Assembly (NCBI GenBank): GCA_900538705.1
Contig: UPZG01000006.1
Span: forward strand, 22,865 to 86,864
Origin: an uncultured Porphyromonadaceae bacterium
Lineage (GTDB): Bacteria > Bacteroidota > Bacteroidia > Bacteroidales > Barnesiellaceae_A
DNA length: 64,000 bases
Direction of reading: 5' to 3'
In this document: positions 56,680 to 64,000 of the stretch, in pieces
How positions within the stretch are numbered: position 1 is the first letter of the stretch
Layout of the letters: each line of letters starts with the position of its first letter
Translations under genes and position numbers: made by a program
The notes under the pieces: generated by a model
What the model was told of the DNA's origin: nothing
The model's database searches: none
The model's input: the letters and a program-made list of their open reading frames with translations, nothing else

Positions 56680-56926
56680 AAAAAAATCCTCCTGTCGTCT
56701 ATGGTTTATAATATGACTCCCGGCAGGCGTTAAGGTTTAAGCCTTTAACCTAAAATAATACCTGAGAATAATATTGCAAACAAAGGTATTTAACTTTGTT
56801 GAAATCGCATGGTAAAATAACGTTTTTAACGTTCAATTAGGAGTGTTATAAATGCTTGTATTGTATTTTCTCCTAATAGGTAAAGACTCTTTGGGGTGAA
56901 GGCGAGTGAAATTGTTGAATCGATTA

Positions 56927-57640
56927 TCAAAATTTGAGATAGAAATCGCGTGTAAGAGAAATATATTCTTGGCTATATTCGCCAAGATGTTGTTCAATGG
57001 TCAGATACGATGCTGCAGGACGTGGCAATAACGTGTGCTGCCACTCGCCGAGTATACGTTTGGGCTGTTTGTTGGGAAGTGTGCTTACGATGAGTTGTCG
57101 TGAAAGGCTCCACCCGGCCAGCATGGCTATTTCGTCGATACGATTGAATAGCTGCGCCGGAAAAATGAGTGTAAGAGTACCGCCTGTTTGTAATAAAGGA
57201 CGAGCCAAATCGAAAATTTCTTCGTATTGCAGGGCGACGGCATGTCGTGCTGTGCTGCGTGCTGCGTCGGGCGATAACAAGTCGTCGAAATAGGGTGGAT
57301 TGGAAAGAATTGCGGCATACCGGGTTTTGGTAATGCGGGCATATTCGTTAAAGTCGGCATGCTCTACTATGATACGCTCTTTCCATGGGCATGCAGCACA
57401 GTTGACCATCGCTTCTTTTGCTGCTTCGGCATCTATCTCTATTCCCGTTATTGTGGCATGAGGAGAACGTTGAGCTGCCATAATGGCAAGAATGCCGGTG
57501 CCGGTACCGATGTCGAGGATGTGGCCTGTGAGTGGTATTGTTGCCCAGGCTCCTAACAGCACACTGTCGGTACCTACTTTCATGGCACAATGCTCTTGGC
57601 GTATAGAGAAACGTTTGAAGTGGAATACATTTGCAGACAT
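56927..57640 (-). CDS. tRNA1(Val) (adenine37-N6)-methyltransferase (YfiC/TrmN6 family)
   Basis: The maximal ORF starts at a TTG (57670); the ATG at 57640 gives MSANVFHFKRFSIRQEHCAMKVGTDSVLLGAW. SAM motif ILDIGTGTGILA and catalytic NPPY. Confidence 0.8.
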   Translation of the reverse strand: MSANVFHFKRFSIRQEHCAMKVGTDSVLLGAWATIPLTGHILDIGTGTGILAIMAAQRSPHATITGIEIDAEAAKEAMVNCAACPWKERIIVEHADFNEYARITKTRYAAILSNPPYFDDLLSPDAARSTARHAVALQYEEIFDLARPLLQTGGTLTLIFPAQLFNRIDEIAMLAGWSLSRQLIVSTLPNKQPKRILGEWQHTLLPRPAASYLTIEQHLGEYSQEYISLTRDFYLKF

Positions 57641-57769
57641 GCTATCGTAGCTTGTAAGTGTGATGCACAAAAGTAGCTATAAAAAGTTATGTGCCGAAAT
57701 TTTTGGGCCCTCCTAAAAAAGTTTGGCATGTTACTTGTAGAAGTATTTAACTACAAAAAAAGAATTGCG

Positions 57770-57777
57770 TATCTTTG
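57770..57777 (+). promoter_or_regulatory. -7 promoter box TAtcTTTG for lon
   Basis: It lies 69 nt upstream of the ATG at 57846. Confidence 0.4.
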
Positions 57778-57845
57778 CAAATTCTGACACCGCCTGACAT
57801 AATGGCCATAAATTTTAGATAAACATCATAAAGGACTAATATACT

Positions 57846-60278
57846 ATGTTTTGTGACAGTGACGAAAAATCATCACCTATTATGCCGATTTTTGCCGAAG
57901 TAAATTTGCCTCAAAAGGACGAAAACTGTGCAGATGTCAATCCCGACGATTTGCCTATACTTACCTTACGCAATATGGTGCTTTTCCCCGGCGTTGCTAT
58001 GCCTGTATTAGTAGGACGCGAGAAAACAATGCAACTTGTCAAAGAGGCACAGCGCACCCATAAACCTATTGGTGTGGTGTGTCAGGTTGATGCTGAGGTG
58101 GAAGATCCCGAAGTGAGCGATTTGTATCCTGTAGGCGTGGTAGCTGATGTTATAAAGGTTCTGGAGATGCCCGATGAGACGACAACCGTTATTCTGCAAG
58201 GCAGACGGCGTTTTGTCGTAGGAGGCCAGACGGCAACACAACCTTATCTGAGGGCGCAAGTGGTTTTGCTCGAAGATGAGATGCCTGAGAAAAAGGACAA
58301 GGAGTATGAGGCTCTTATACTCTCTATCAAGGAGCTTACATTGAAAATGTTGCGTACTATTGGCGACCAAGCCAAGGAAATGGCTTTTGCTGTCAATAAT
58401 ATAGACAACGCTGTATATCTTACCAACTTTGTGTGCTGTAACTCTCCTTTAGAACCGGCCGAAAAGCAAGAAATGCTTTCTATAGATAATCTTAAGGTGA
58501 GAGCATTCCGCCTCTATGAAGCATTGAGCCGTGAGGCTCAGTTGCTCGATATAAAAGCTGACATACAGTCTAAGACGCGCGAGGGCATCAATCAACAGCA
58601 ACGAGAGCACTTCTTACAACAGCAGATACGTACCATACAAGAGGAGCTTGGGGGCGATGGTGTAGAACAAGAGATACAGGAACTGCGCGATCGTGCCGAA
58701 CATAAGAAATGGAATGAAAATGTTGCCGAGACTTTTGAAAAAGAGGTCAGGAAGTTGGAACGATTGCACCCGCAAACCCCCGACTATTCGGTACAGTACA
58801 GTTACCTCGAAACATTGCTCAATTTACCATGGAATGACTACAGCCAAGACTCTATCAACCTGAAAGAGGCACGCGAAGAGCTCGATAAAGACCATTATGG
58901 TCTTGAAAAGGTGAAGGAGCGTATCATAGAGCATTTGGCCGTGGTGAAGCTGACAAGCCTTTCTCACGCACCTATTTTGTGCCTGTATGGCCCTCCCGGA
59001 GTTGGTAAGACGTCGCTGGGCAAGAGTATTGCCAAAGCATTGCACCGTGAGTATGTGCGCATATCGTTAGGCGGGCTGCACGATGAGGCCGAAATACGGG
59101 GCCATCGTCGTACATACATTGGTGCTATGCCGGGGCGTATTATGCAGGCCCTTATAAAGGCGAAGAAGAGCAATCCTGTTTTTGTCCTCGACGAAATAGA
59201 CAAAATAGGCAACGATTTCAAGGGCGATCCTGCCTCGGCATTGTTAGAGGTGCTTGACCCGGAGCAGAATTCGGCATTCCACGATAATTATATCGATATT
59301 GACTACGACTTGTCGAATGTCTTTTTTATAGCTACAGCCAACGACCTGAGTACCATATCGCGCCCTCTGCTTGACCGTATGGAGTTGATAGATATTAGCG
59401 GTTATATTCTCGAAGAAAAGATAGAGATTGCCCGCCGTCACCTCATACCCAAACAGATGAAGGCTCATGGACTGGAAAAAGGTGATGTAGACATTCCCAA
59501 GAAGACGATAGCGGCCATTATAGACCGATATACCCGTGAATCGGGTGTGCGGTTATTGGATAAGACTTTGGCCAAGATAATGCGTAAGATTGCTCTGAAA
59601 AAGGCCGAAGAAACATCATATAATCCTACGGTTACCGTCGATGACTTGCGCGAATATTTAGGTATACCCACTTGTCAGAGTGACAAGTATGAGGGTAATG
59701 AATATGCCGGTGTCGTTACAGGACTTGCCTGGACTGCTGTAGGCGGAGAAATTTTGTTTGTAGAGTCGAGTCTAAGCAAGGGTAAGGGTGAGAAACTTAC
59801 CCTTACCGGCAATCTGGGCGATGTGATGAAAGAGTCGGCCATGCTGGCTTTGCAGTATATCAAAGCTCATGCCGATATATTGGGTATCCCTGAGGATGCG
59901 TTTGAGAAATGGAACGTGCACATACATGTTCCTGAAGGTGCCATACCCAAGGACGGGCCTTCGGCCGGTATCACTATGGCTACCTCTTTGGCATCGGCTT
60001 TTACGCAGCGTAAGGTGAAAGCCCGTCTTGCAATGACTGGCGAAATAACCTTGCGTGGCAAGGTATTGCCTGTGGGTGGTATCAAGGAAAAAATCTTGGC
60101 CGCCAAGCGCTCGGGTATCAAAGAAGTTATCCTTTCGGAAGAGAATCGCAAGGATATAGAAGAGATTAACGAAATGTATCTGAAGGGATTGACGTTCCAT
60201 TATGTCAATACTATCAAAGATGTATGGGATATAGCGTTGACCTCGCAAAAAGTGCCTCATGCCTTAAAAATAGAATAA
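57846..60278 (+). CDS. lon: ATP-dependent endopeptidase La (Lon protease)
   Basis: 810 aa. Lon N-domain, Walker A GPPGVGKTS, and the protease Ser motif PKDGPSAGITMATSL. Confidence 0.96.
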   Translation: MFCDSDEKSSPIMPIFAEVNLPQKDENCADVNPDDLPILTLRNMVLFPGVAMPVLVGREKTMQLVKEAQRTHKPIGVVCQVDAEVEDPEVSDLYPVGVVADVIKVLEMPDETTTVILQGRRRFVVGGQTATQPYLRAQVVLLEDEMPEKKDKEYEALILSIKELTLKMLRTIGDQAKEMAFAVNNIDNAVYLTNFVCCNSPLEPAEKQEMLSIDNLKVRAFRLYEALSREAQLLDIKADIQSKTREGINQQQREHFLQQQIRTIQEELGGDGVEQEIQELRDRAEHKKWNENVAETFEKEVRKLERLHPQTPDYSVQYSYLETLLNLPWNDYSQDSINLKEAREELDKDHYGLEKVKERIIEHLAVVKLTSLSHAPILCLYGPPGVGKTSLGKSIAKALHREYVRISLGGLHDEAEIRGHRRTYIGAMPGRIMQALIKAKKSNPVFVLDEIDKIGNDFKGDPASALLEVLDPEQNSAFHDNYIDIDYDLSNVFFIATANDLSTISRPLLDRMELIDISGYILEEKIEIARRHLIPKQMKAHGLEKGDVDIPKKTIAAIIDRYTRESGVRLLDKTLAKIMRKIALKKAEETSYNPTVTVDDLREYLGIPTCQSDKYEGNEYAGVVTGLAWTAVGGEILFVESSLSKGKGEKLTLTGNLGDVMKESAMLALQYIKAHADILGIPEDAFEKWNVHIHVPEGAIPKDGPSAGITMATSLASAFTQRKVKARLAMTGEITLRGKVLPVGGIKEKILAAKRSGIKEVILSEENRKDIEEINEMYLKGLTFHYVNTIKDVWDIALTSQKVPHALKIE

Positions 60279-60279
60279 T

Positions 60280-61254
60280 ATGGAAAAGACAGGTAAGAAA
60301 AGACGCATCGTAGTACTCGATGGCTATACCCTCAATCCAGGAGACCTTTCATGGAGTGCCCTGGAAAGTATGGGCGATTGTGTCGTGTATGAGCGCACAT
60401 CTCCGTCGCAGGTAGTAGAACGTTGTCGCGATGCCGAGGTGGTGCTGACTAATAAGGTACCCGTTATGGCTGCCGAGATAGAACAGTTGCCACGTCTCGA
60501 GTATATCGGTGTGTTGGCTACAGGCTATAATGTTGTAGACCTGCAGGCAGCCGCACATCGAGGTATAGTGGTGACCAATATTCCGGCATATAGTACAGCC
60601 TCGGTAGTACAAATGGTATTTGCACATTTACTGAATGTTACAAATGCCGTGCAGCGCCATAGTGATAGTGTCCGAAGGGGCGATTGGACGCGTTGTGCTG
60701 ACTTCAGTTATACCCTTTCGCGACAAACCGAATTGGAGGGTAAGACCATGGGTATTGTCGGTTTGGGACATATAGGGAGCCGTGTAGCTTCCGTAGCTCA
60801 TGCCATGGGTATGAATGTGGTGGCAACGACTTCAAAAAGTCGCGAAGAGTTGCCGTCGTATGTCGTACCACTTGCATGGGATGACTTTTTGGCTGCGTGC
60901 GATGTCTTATCGTTACATTGTCCGCTCACCGCAAGCACCCGTCATTTGATAGATGCTGAAGCCATATCTAAGATGAAAGACGGGGCAATCCTCATTAATA
61001 CAGGCAGAGGCCCGTTGCTCGACGAACAGGCTGTGGCCGATGCGCTAGAAAGTGGAAAACTGGCTGCCGCGTGCGTAGATGTACTCTCTACAGAGCCTCC
61101 AGCAGCTGATAATCCCTTGTTGTCAGCCCCCAATTGTTATATTACGCCTCACATCGCTTGGGCTACGTACGAAGCACGTGTGCGTCTTATGCAGATTGCA
61201 GTGGCCAACTTGGAGTCTTATTTTGCCGGTTCTCCGGTCAATCGCGTAGGTTGA
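60280..61254 (+). CDS. D-2-hydroxyacid dehydrogenase (glycerate dehydrogenase-like)
   Basis: 324 aa. NAD-binding motif GIVGLGHIGSRVA, LINTGRGPLLDE, and the catalytic-type PHIAW. Confidence 0.9.
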   Translation: MEKTGKKRRIVVLDGYTLNPGDLSWSALESMGDCVVYERTSPSQVVERCRDAEVVLTNKVPVMAAEIEQLPRLEYIGVLATGYNVVDLQAAAHRGIVVTNIPAYSTASVVQMVFAHLLNVTNAVQRHSDSVRRGDWTRCADFSYTLSRQTELEGKTMGIVGLGHIGSRVASVAHAMGMNVVATTSKSREELPSYVVPLAWDDFLAACDVLSLHCPLTASTRHLIDAEAISKMKDGAILINTGRGPLLDEQAVADALESGKLAAACVDVLSTEPPAADNPLLSAPNCYITPHIAWATYEARVRLMQIAVANLESYFAGSPVNRVG

Positions 61255-61275
61255 GGATTTCATATTAAATATATG

Positions 61276-61310
61276 AAGAGGCTGTACCCTTGAAGGTACA
61301 GCCTCTTTTT
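61276..61310 (+). terminator. rho-independent terminator of the lon / 2-hydroxyacid dehydrogenase unit
   Basis: Arms AAGAGGCTGTACC and GGTACAGCCTCTT (13 bp) are followed by TTT. Confidence 0.7.
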
Positions 61311-61383
61311 GTGATACGTCACTTATACAGCAGTTGGTCTCGTTTCTGTGTGGAAGATGATTTATGTGTTATTGGTATAAAAG

Positions 61384-61423
61384 AAAATGAGACTGTCACC
61401 GATAATTGGGACAGTCTCATTTT
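61384..61423 (-). terminator. rho-independent terminator of nhaD
   Basis: Arms AAAATGAGACTGTC and GACAGTCTCATTTT (14 bp) are followed on the minus strand by TTTTCTTTT. Confidence 0.65.
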
Positions 61424-61471
61424 GTTGACAGTTAAGTTATGATTTAAAAAGTAGAATCTAATAATCCTTTA

Positions 61472-62887
61472 TCAGAAACCGTGGAAGGTGTGGATGGGTG
61501 GGAACATGATTAACTCGGCAATGAGTATGGCGGCACCTGCAAGATAGCCTAACAAAGCCAACCAAGAGATGTGTTTCAGATACCAGCCGAAGTTCATCTT
61601 TTCCAGACCCATGACTACTACTCCTGCGGCCGAGCCAATGATGAGCATACTACCACCTACACCGGCACAGTAAGAGAGTAACAACCAGAAGCCGCCGTCT
61701 TGTACAAAGTTCAGACGGTATATGTCTGAGGCTGCCAGAAGGTCAGGTACCTGATCAAACGGCACAATTTCATACATACCCATAGCGGCTGCTACAAGAG
61801 GTACATTGTCTATAATAGACGATATGCAGCCTAAGAGTACGTTGATGATATATATATTGTGTACTTTTTCGTCTAGCCAGTCGGCCATGCTACCTAAGAT
61901 ACCAGTGGCTTGCAGTACAGCTACAGCCATGAGGATACCCAGGAAGAAGAGTATAGTTGGCATATCTATACGTTGCAAGATGCGCGACAGTCTGTTTTGA
62001 GGACCATTTGTAAGTGCCTTTTTGTTATACATGAGTTCGGTATATATCCAAATGATACCCAATACGAAGAGCATTCCGACAAACGGAGGCAGGTGGGTCA
62101 CTGTTTTGAAAATAGGTACAAAGATGAGGCCACCCACTCCTAAATAGAATAGAGCACTGCGCTCTTTGGGACTTACAAAGTTGGCAACACCATCTTCGTC
62201 TTTGGCTGTGATTGCCGGTAGTTGTCCGCGTAATTTGAAGCTGATAAATAGCAGTGGAACAATGACAGCTGTCAAGCTCGGTACTAATAAGTAAGTCATC
62301 AGAGCACCAGTAGTAACGTTGTTGTTTACCCACAGCATGATGGTGGTAATATCGCCAATAGGGGACCATGCACCTCCGGCATTGGCTGCAATGATAATCA
62401 TGCTGGCATAGAGCCAACGTTCATGTTGGTCGTTGATTAATTTGCGCAACAGCATCACCATGACAATAGAGGTGGTGAGATTGTCGAGTACCGACGACAT
62501 AAGGAATGTGATAAAAGACAATATCCACACCAAACGAAGTTTGTGGCGGGTTGTAATGTGGCGAGTTATGATGGTGAAACCTCCGTGTGAGTCTATAAGC
62601 TCGACAATAGTCATTGCGCCAATCAGGAAGAACAGCGTAGACGATATATCGCCCAAGTGCCCGATGATTTCCACTTGATTGATGTAATCTGTCAGGTGCG
62701 AAACATCATATCCATGTTGCGCGGCTTGTTCAACAACATACGGAATAGAGTCGGCTCCTAAGATAAACAATACCCACATGAGCATGCCTAAGAGTAAAGC
62801 TGTCGCCGACTTGTCAATTTTGATAGAGTGCTCCATGGCTATACATATATAGCCTGCTATGAACACTGCAACGAGAGCTACAAGCAT
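61472..62887 (-). CDS. nhaD: NhaD/ArsB-family sodium:proton antiporter
   Basis: 471 aa, polytopic. The N-terminus is VFIAGYICIAMEHSIKIDKSATALLLG, with AANAGGAWSPIGDITT further in. Confidence 0.85.
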   Translation of the reverse strand: MLVALVAVFIAGYICIAMEHSIKIDKSATALLLGMLMWVLFILGADSIPYVVEQAAQHGYDVSHLTDYINQVEIIGHLGDISSTLFFLIGAMTIVELIDSHGGFTIITRHITTRHKLRLVWILSFITFLMSSVLDNLTTSIVMVMLLRKLINDQHERWLYASMIIIAANAGGAWSPIGDITTIMLWVNNNVTTGALMTYLLVPSLTAVIVPLLFISFKLRGQLPAITAKDEDGVANFVSPKERSALFYLGVGGLIFVPIFKTVTHLPPFVGMLFVLGIIWIYTELMYNKKALTNGPQNRLSRILQRIDMPTILFFLGILMAVAVLQATGILGSMADWLDEKVHNIYIINVLLGCISSIIDNVPLVAAAMGMYEIVPFDQVPDLLAASDIYRLNFVQDGGFWLLLSYCAGVGGSMLIIGSAAGVVVMGLEKMNFGWYLKHISWLALLGYLAGAAILIAELIMFPPIHTFHGF

Positions 62888-62922
62888 AATTGATATTAGA
62901 TTTAGTTAGTTTTTAATGTGTG

Positions 62923-62930
62923 CAAAAGTA
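62923..62930 (-). promoter_or_regulatory. -7 promoter box TActTTTG for nhaD
   Basis: The plus strand reads caaaagta. It lies 36 nt upstream of the ATG at 62887. Confidence 0.4.
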
Positions 62931-63075
62931 ATATAATATCTTGAAAAGAATTTACGGTGTTAATAATGATGATTTTTCGGCAAAGATAATACATTTATGC
63001 AAAAATGTGTTGATGAATAGGTTTAGAAAAAATTGTATAGGAGTTGTGCTCTGTAACTTTTATTGGGGTTGTTTC

Positions 63076-63402
63076 TCATTGCGATACCCATTTCAGTCCG
63101 ATTACCGAGGCTATCAGCGTAGTAATGAAAAATAATCTTGCAAAGGTGGCTGGCTCATGGAAGAAGACGATACCCAGTATTACTGTACCTACAGCTCCTA
63201 TACCTGTCCATACAGGATATGCAGTACCTATGGGCAGGGTTTGTACCGCTTTTGCCAGGAGTACCATACTCAGTATCAGGCATACCAGAAATCCAGCACC
63301 CCATAAATAATATTCTGTTCCAGTGGCCCCTTTCATTTTTCCTAAGCAGAAAGCGAAACCCGACTCGAAGAAGCCCGCAATAATTAAAATAATCCAATTC
63401 AT
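63076..63402 (-). CDS. sugE: SMR-family small multidrug/guanidinium exporter (SugE/Gdx type)
   Basis: 108 aa, 4 TM. MNWIILIIAGFFESGFAFCLGK carries the conserved membrane Glu, followed by PIGTAYPVWTGIGAVGT. Confidence 0.9.
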   Translation of the reverse strand: MNWIILIIAGFFESGFAFCLGKMKGATGTEYYLWGAGFLVCLILSMVLLAKAVQTLPIGTAYPVWTGIGAVGTVILGIVFFHEPATFARLFFITTLIASVIGLKWVSQ

Positions 63403-63465
63403 AGTATAGTTTTTATTGGTATGCCGTTATAGTCGTTTAAGAGTGTTGCATACCTTATGCGGGTA

Positions 63466-63473
63466 CAAATTTA
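63466..63473 (-). promoter_or_regulatory. -7 promoter box TAaaTTTG for sugE
   Basis: The plus strand reads caaattta. It lies 64 nt upstream of the ATG at 63402. Confidence 0.4.
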
Positions 63474-63552
63474 CATATTTCTTGAGACTCTTCCTGTGTA
63501 AAGGAAAAATGTGTTTATGGGATGTGAAGAGGTCGTATGCCTGTATGGAGAG

Positions 63553-64000
63553 TTAGTTTTGCAGGCGGTATTCGAGAGGGGTATAGCCGGTAACCCGTTT
63601 GAAAAGGCTGCAAAAGTATTGTGCCGATGAAAAACCCAATTCAGAGGCTATGACATGTATGCTTTTGTTGGTTTGCAATAATTGCTTCCGGGCTAACTGC
63701 AAGCGCTTCATCTGTATGAAATCTATGCCGCAATAGCCAGTTTCGTGTAAAAGTAGCGCTTCTAAATAAGCTGTCGATACATTGAGCGAACGAGCTATGG
63801 TTGTAATAGAGGGTAATTCTTGGTGACATGCTTTGGCAGACAGAAAATAGGTCTCAATAATATATTCTGTCTGGCTGAGAAGTTTCAGGTTACACTCATG
63901 CCGAGTGATGAATTGTCGTTTATAGAAGCGTTGGCAGTAGTTGAGCAGCAATGTCAATCGGTTTACAAGGATGGTATGGCTGTACTCGTCGATGCCCCAG
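63553..64000 (-). CDS. AraC-family transcriptional regulator; the N-terminal part lies beyond the right edge
   Basis: C-terminal HTH pair (ITTIARSLNVSTAYLEALL...VIASELGFSSAQYFCSLFKRVTGYTPLEYR). By hand translation the frame stays open from 63957 to 64000. Confidence 0.8.
   Translation of the reverse strand, partial: WGIDEYSHTILVNRLTLLLNYCQRFYKRQFITRHECNLKLLSQTEYIIETYFLSAKACHQELPSITTIARSLNVSTAYLEALLLHETGYCGIDFIQMKRLQLARKQLLQTNKSIHVIASELGFSSAQYFCSLFKRVTGYTPLEYRLQN

Noticed and set aside
63403-63465. Possible guanidine riboswitch (mini-ykkC type) in the ~64-nt sugE/gdx leader. On the transcript it contains two ACGR motifs (AAACGACT and TAACGGCA) inside a GGTATGC...GCATACC hairpin.
   Set aside because: The guanidine-II motif consists of two separate GC-closed hairpins, each with an ACGR tetraloop. 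Here both ACGR motifs lie in the 23-nt loop of a single 7-bp stem and cannot be drawn as closed tetraloops. There is also no match to the ykkC or guanidine-III architecture as I remember them. A covariance-model scan (Rfam) would settle it.
1-64000. I looked for CRISPR arrays, tRNA/rRNA genes, IS elements or inverted terminal repeats, integrases, phage genes, reverse transcriptases and known defence-system genes.
   Set aside because: No regularly spaced repeats, no tRNA-like T-arm/acceptor patterns in the intergenic gaps, and no transposase, integrase or RT-like translation were seen. The intergenic inverted repeats are all unique sequences placed as terminators. A tRNAscan, Infernal or defence-finder run would be needed to exclude small or divergent elements.

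Overview
This is a densely packed chromosomal segment that looks Bacteroidales (phylum Bacteroidota). The evidence is type IX secretion genes (PorU, PorV, a cargo protein with a T9SS C-terminal sorting domain), many TAnnTTTG -7 promoter boxes at sensible distances from start codons, and typical Bacteroidales gene neighbourhoods. I support about 49 protein-coding genes plus one apparently decayed AraC-family gene. Most are housekeeping: valS, lon, metF, ispF, rsmA, mgtE, secG, lptE, pepD, dcp, rex, galK/galM, nhaD and sugE. By eye I found no rRNA, tRNA, CRISPR array, transposase, integrase or phage genes, and no recognisable defence island. The most unusual locus is a two-gene cassette at 53626-56679. 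It pairs a FadL/PorV-like outer-membrane barrel with a secreted 471-aa protein that carries a Trp/Tyr/Gly block and a ~215-residue Ser/Thr/Arg/Gly tail; I cannot place it in any described system. The other points worth a second look are:
- a second full-length PorU paralog with no PorV partner;
- a sugar-nucleotidyltransferase sitting where GalT would be expected in a galactose operon;
- an orphan ATP-grasp-like enzyme;
- an AT-rich islet encoding an XRE regulator and a small secreted protein bracketed by two cysteines;
- two operator-like DNA motifs.
All calls come from reading the ORF translations and the DNA by eye. No database search was run, so family assignments rest on remembered motifs.
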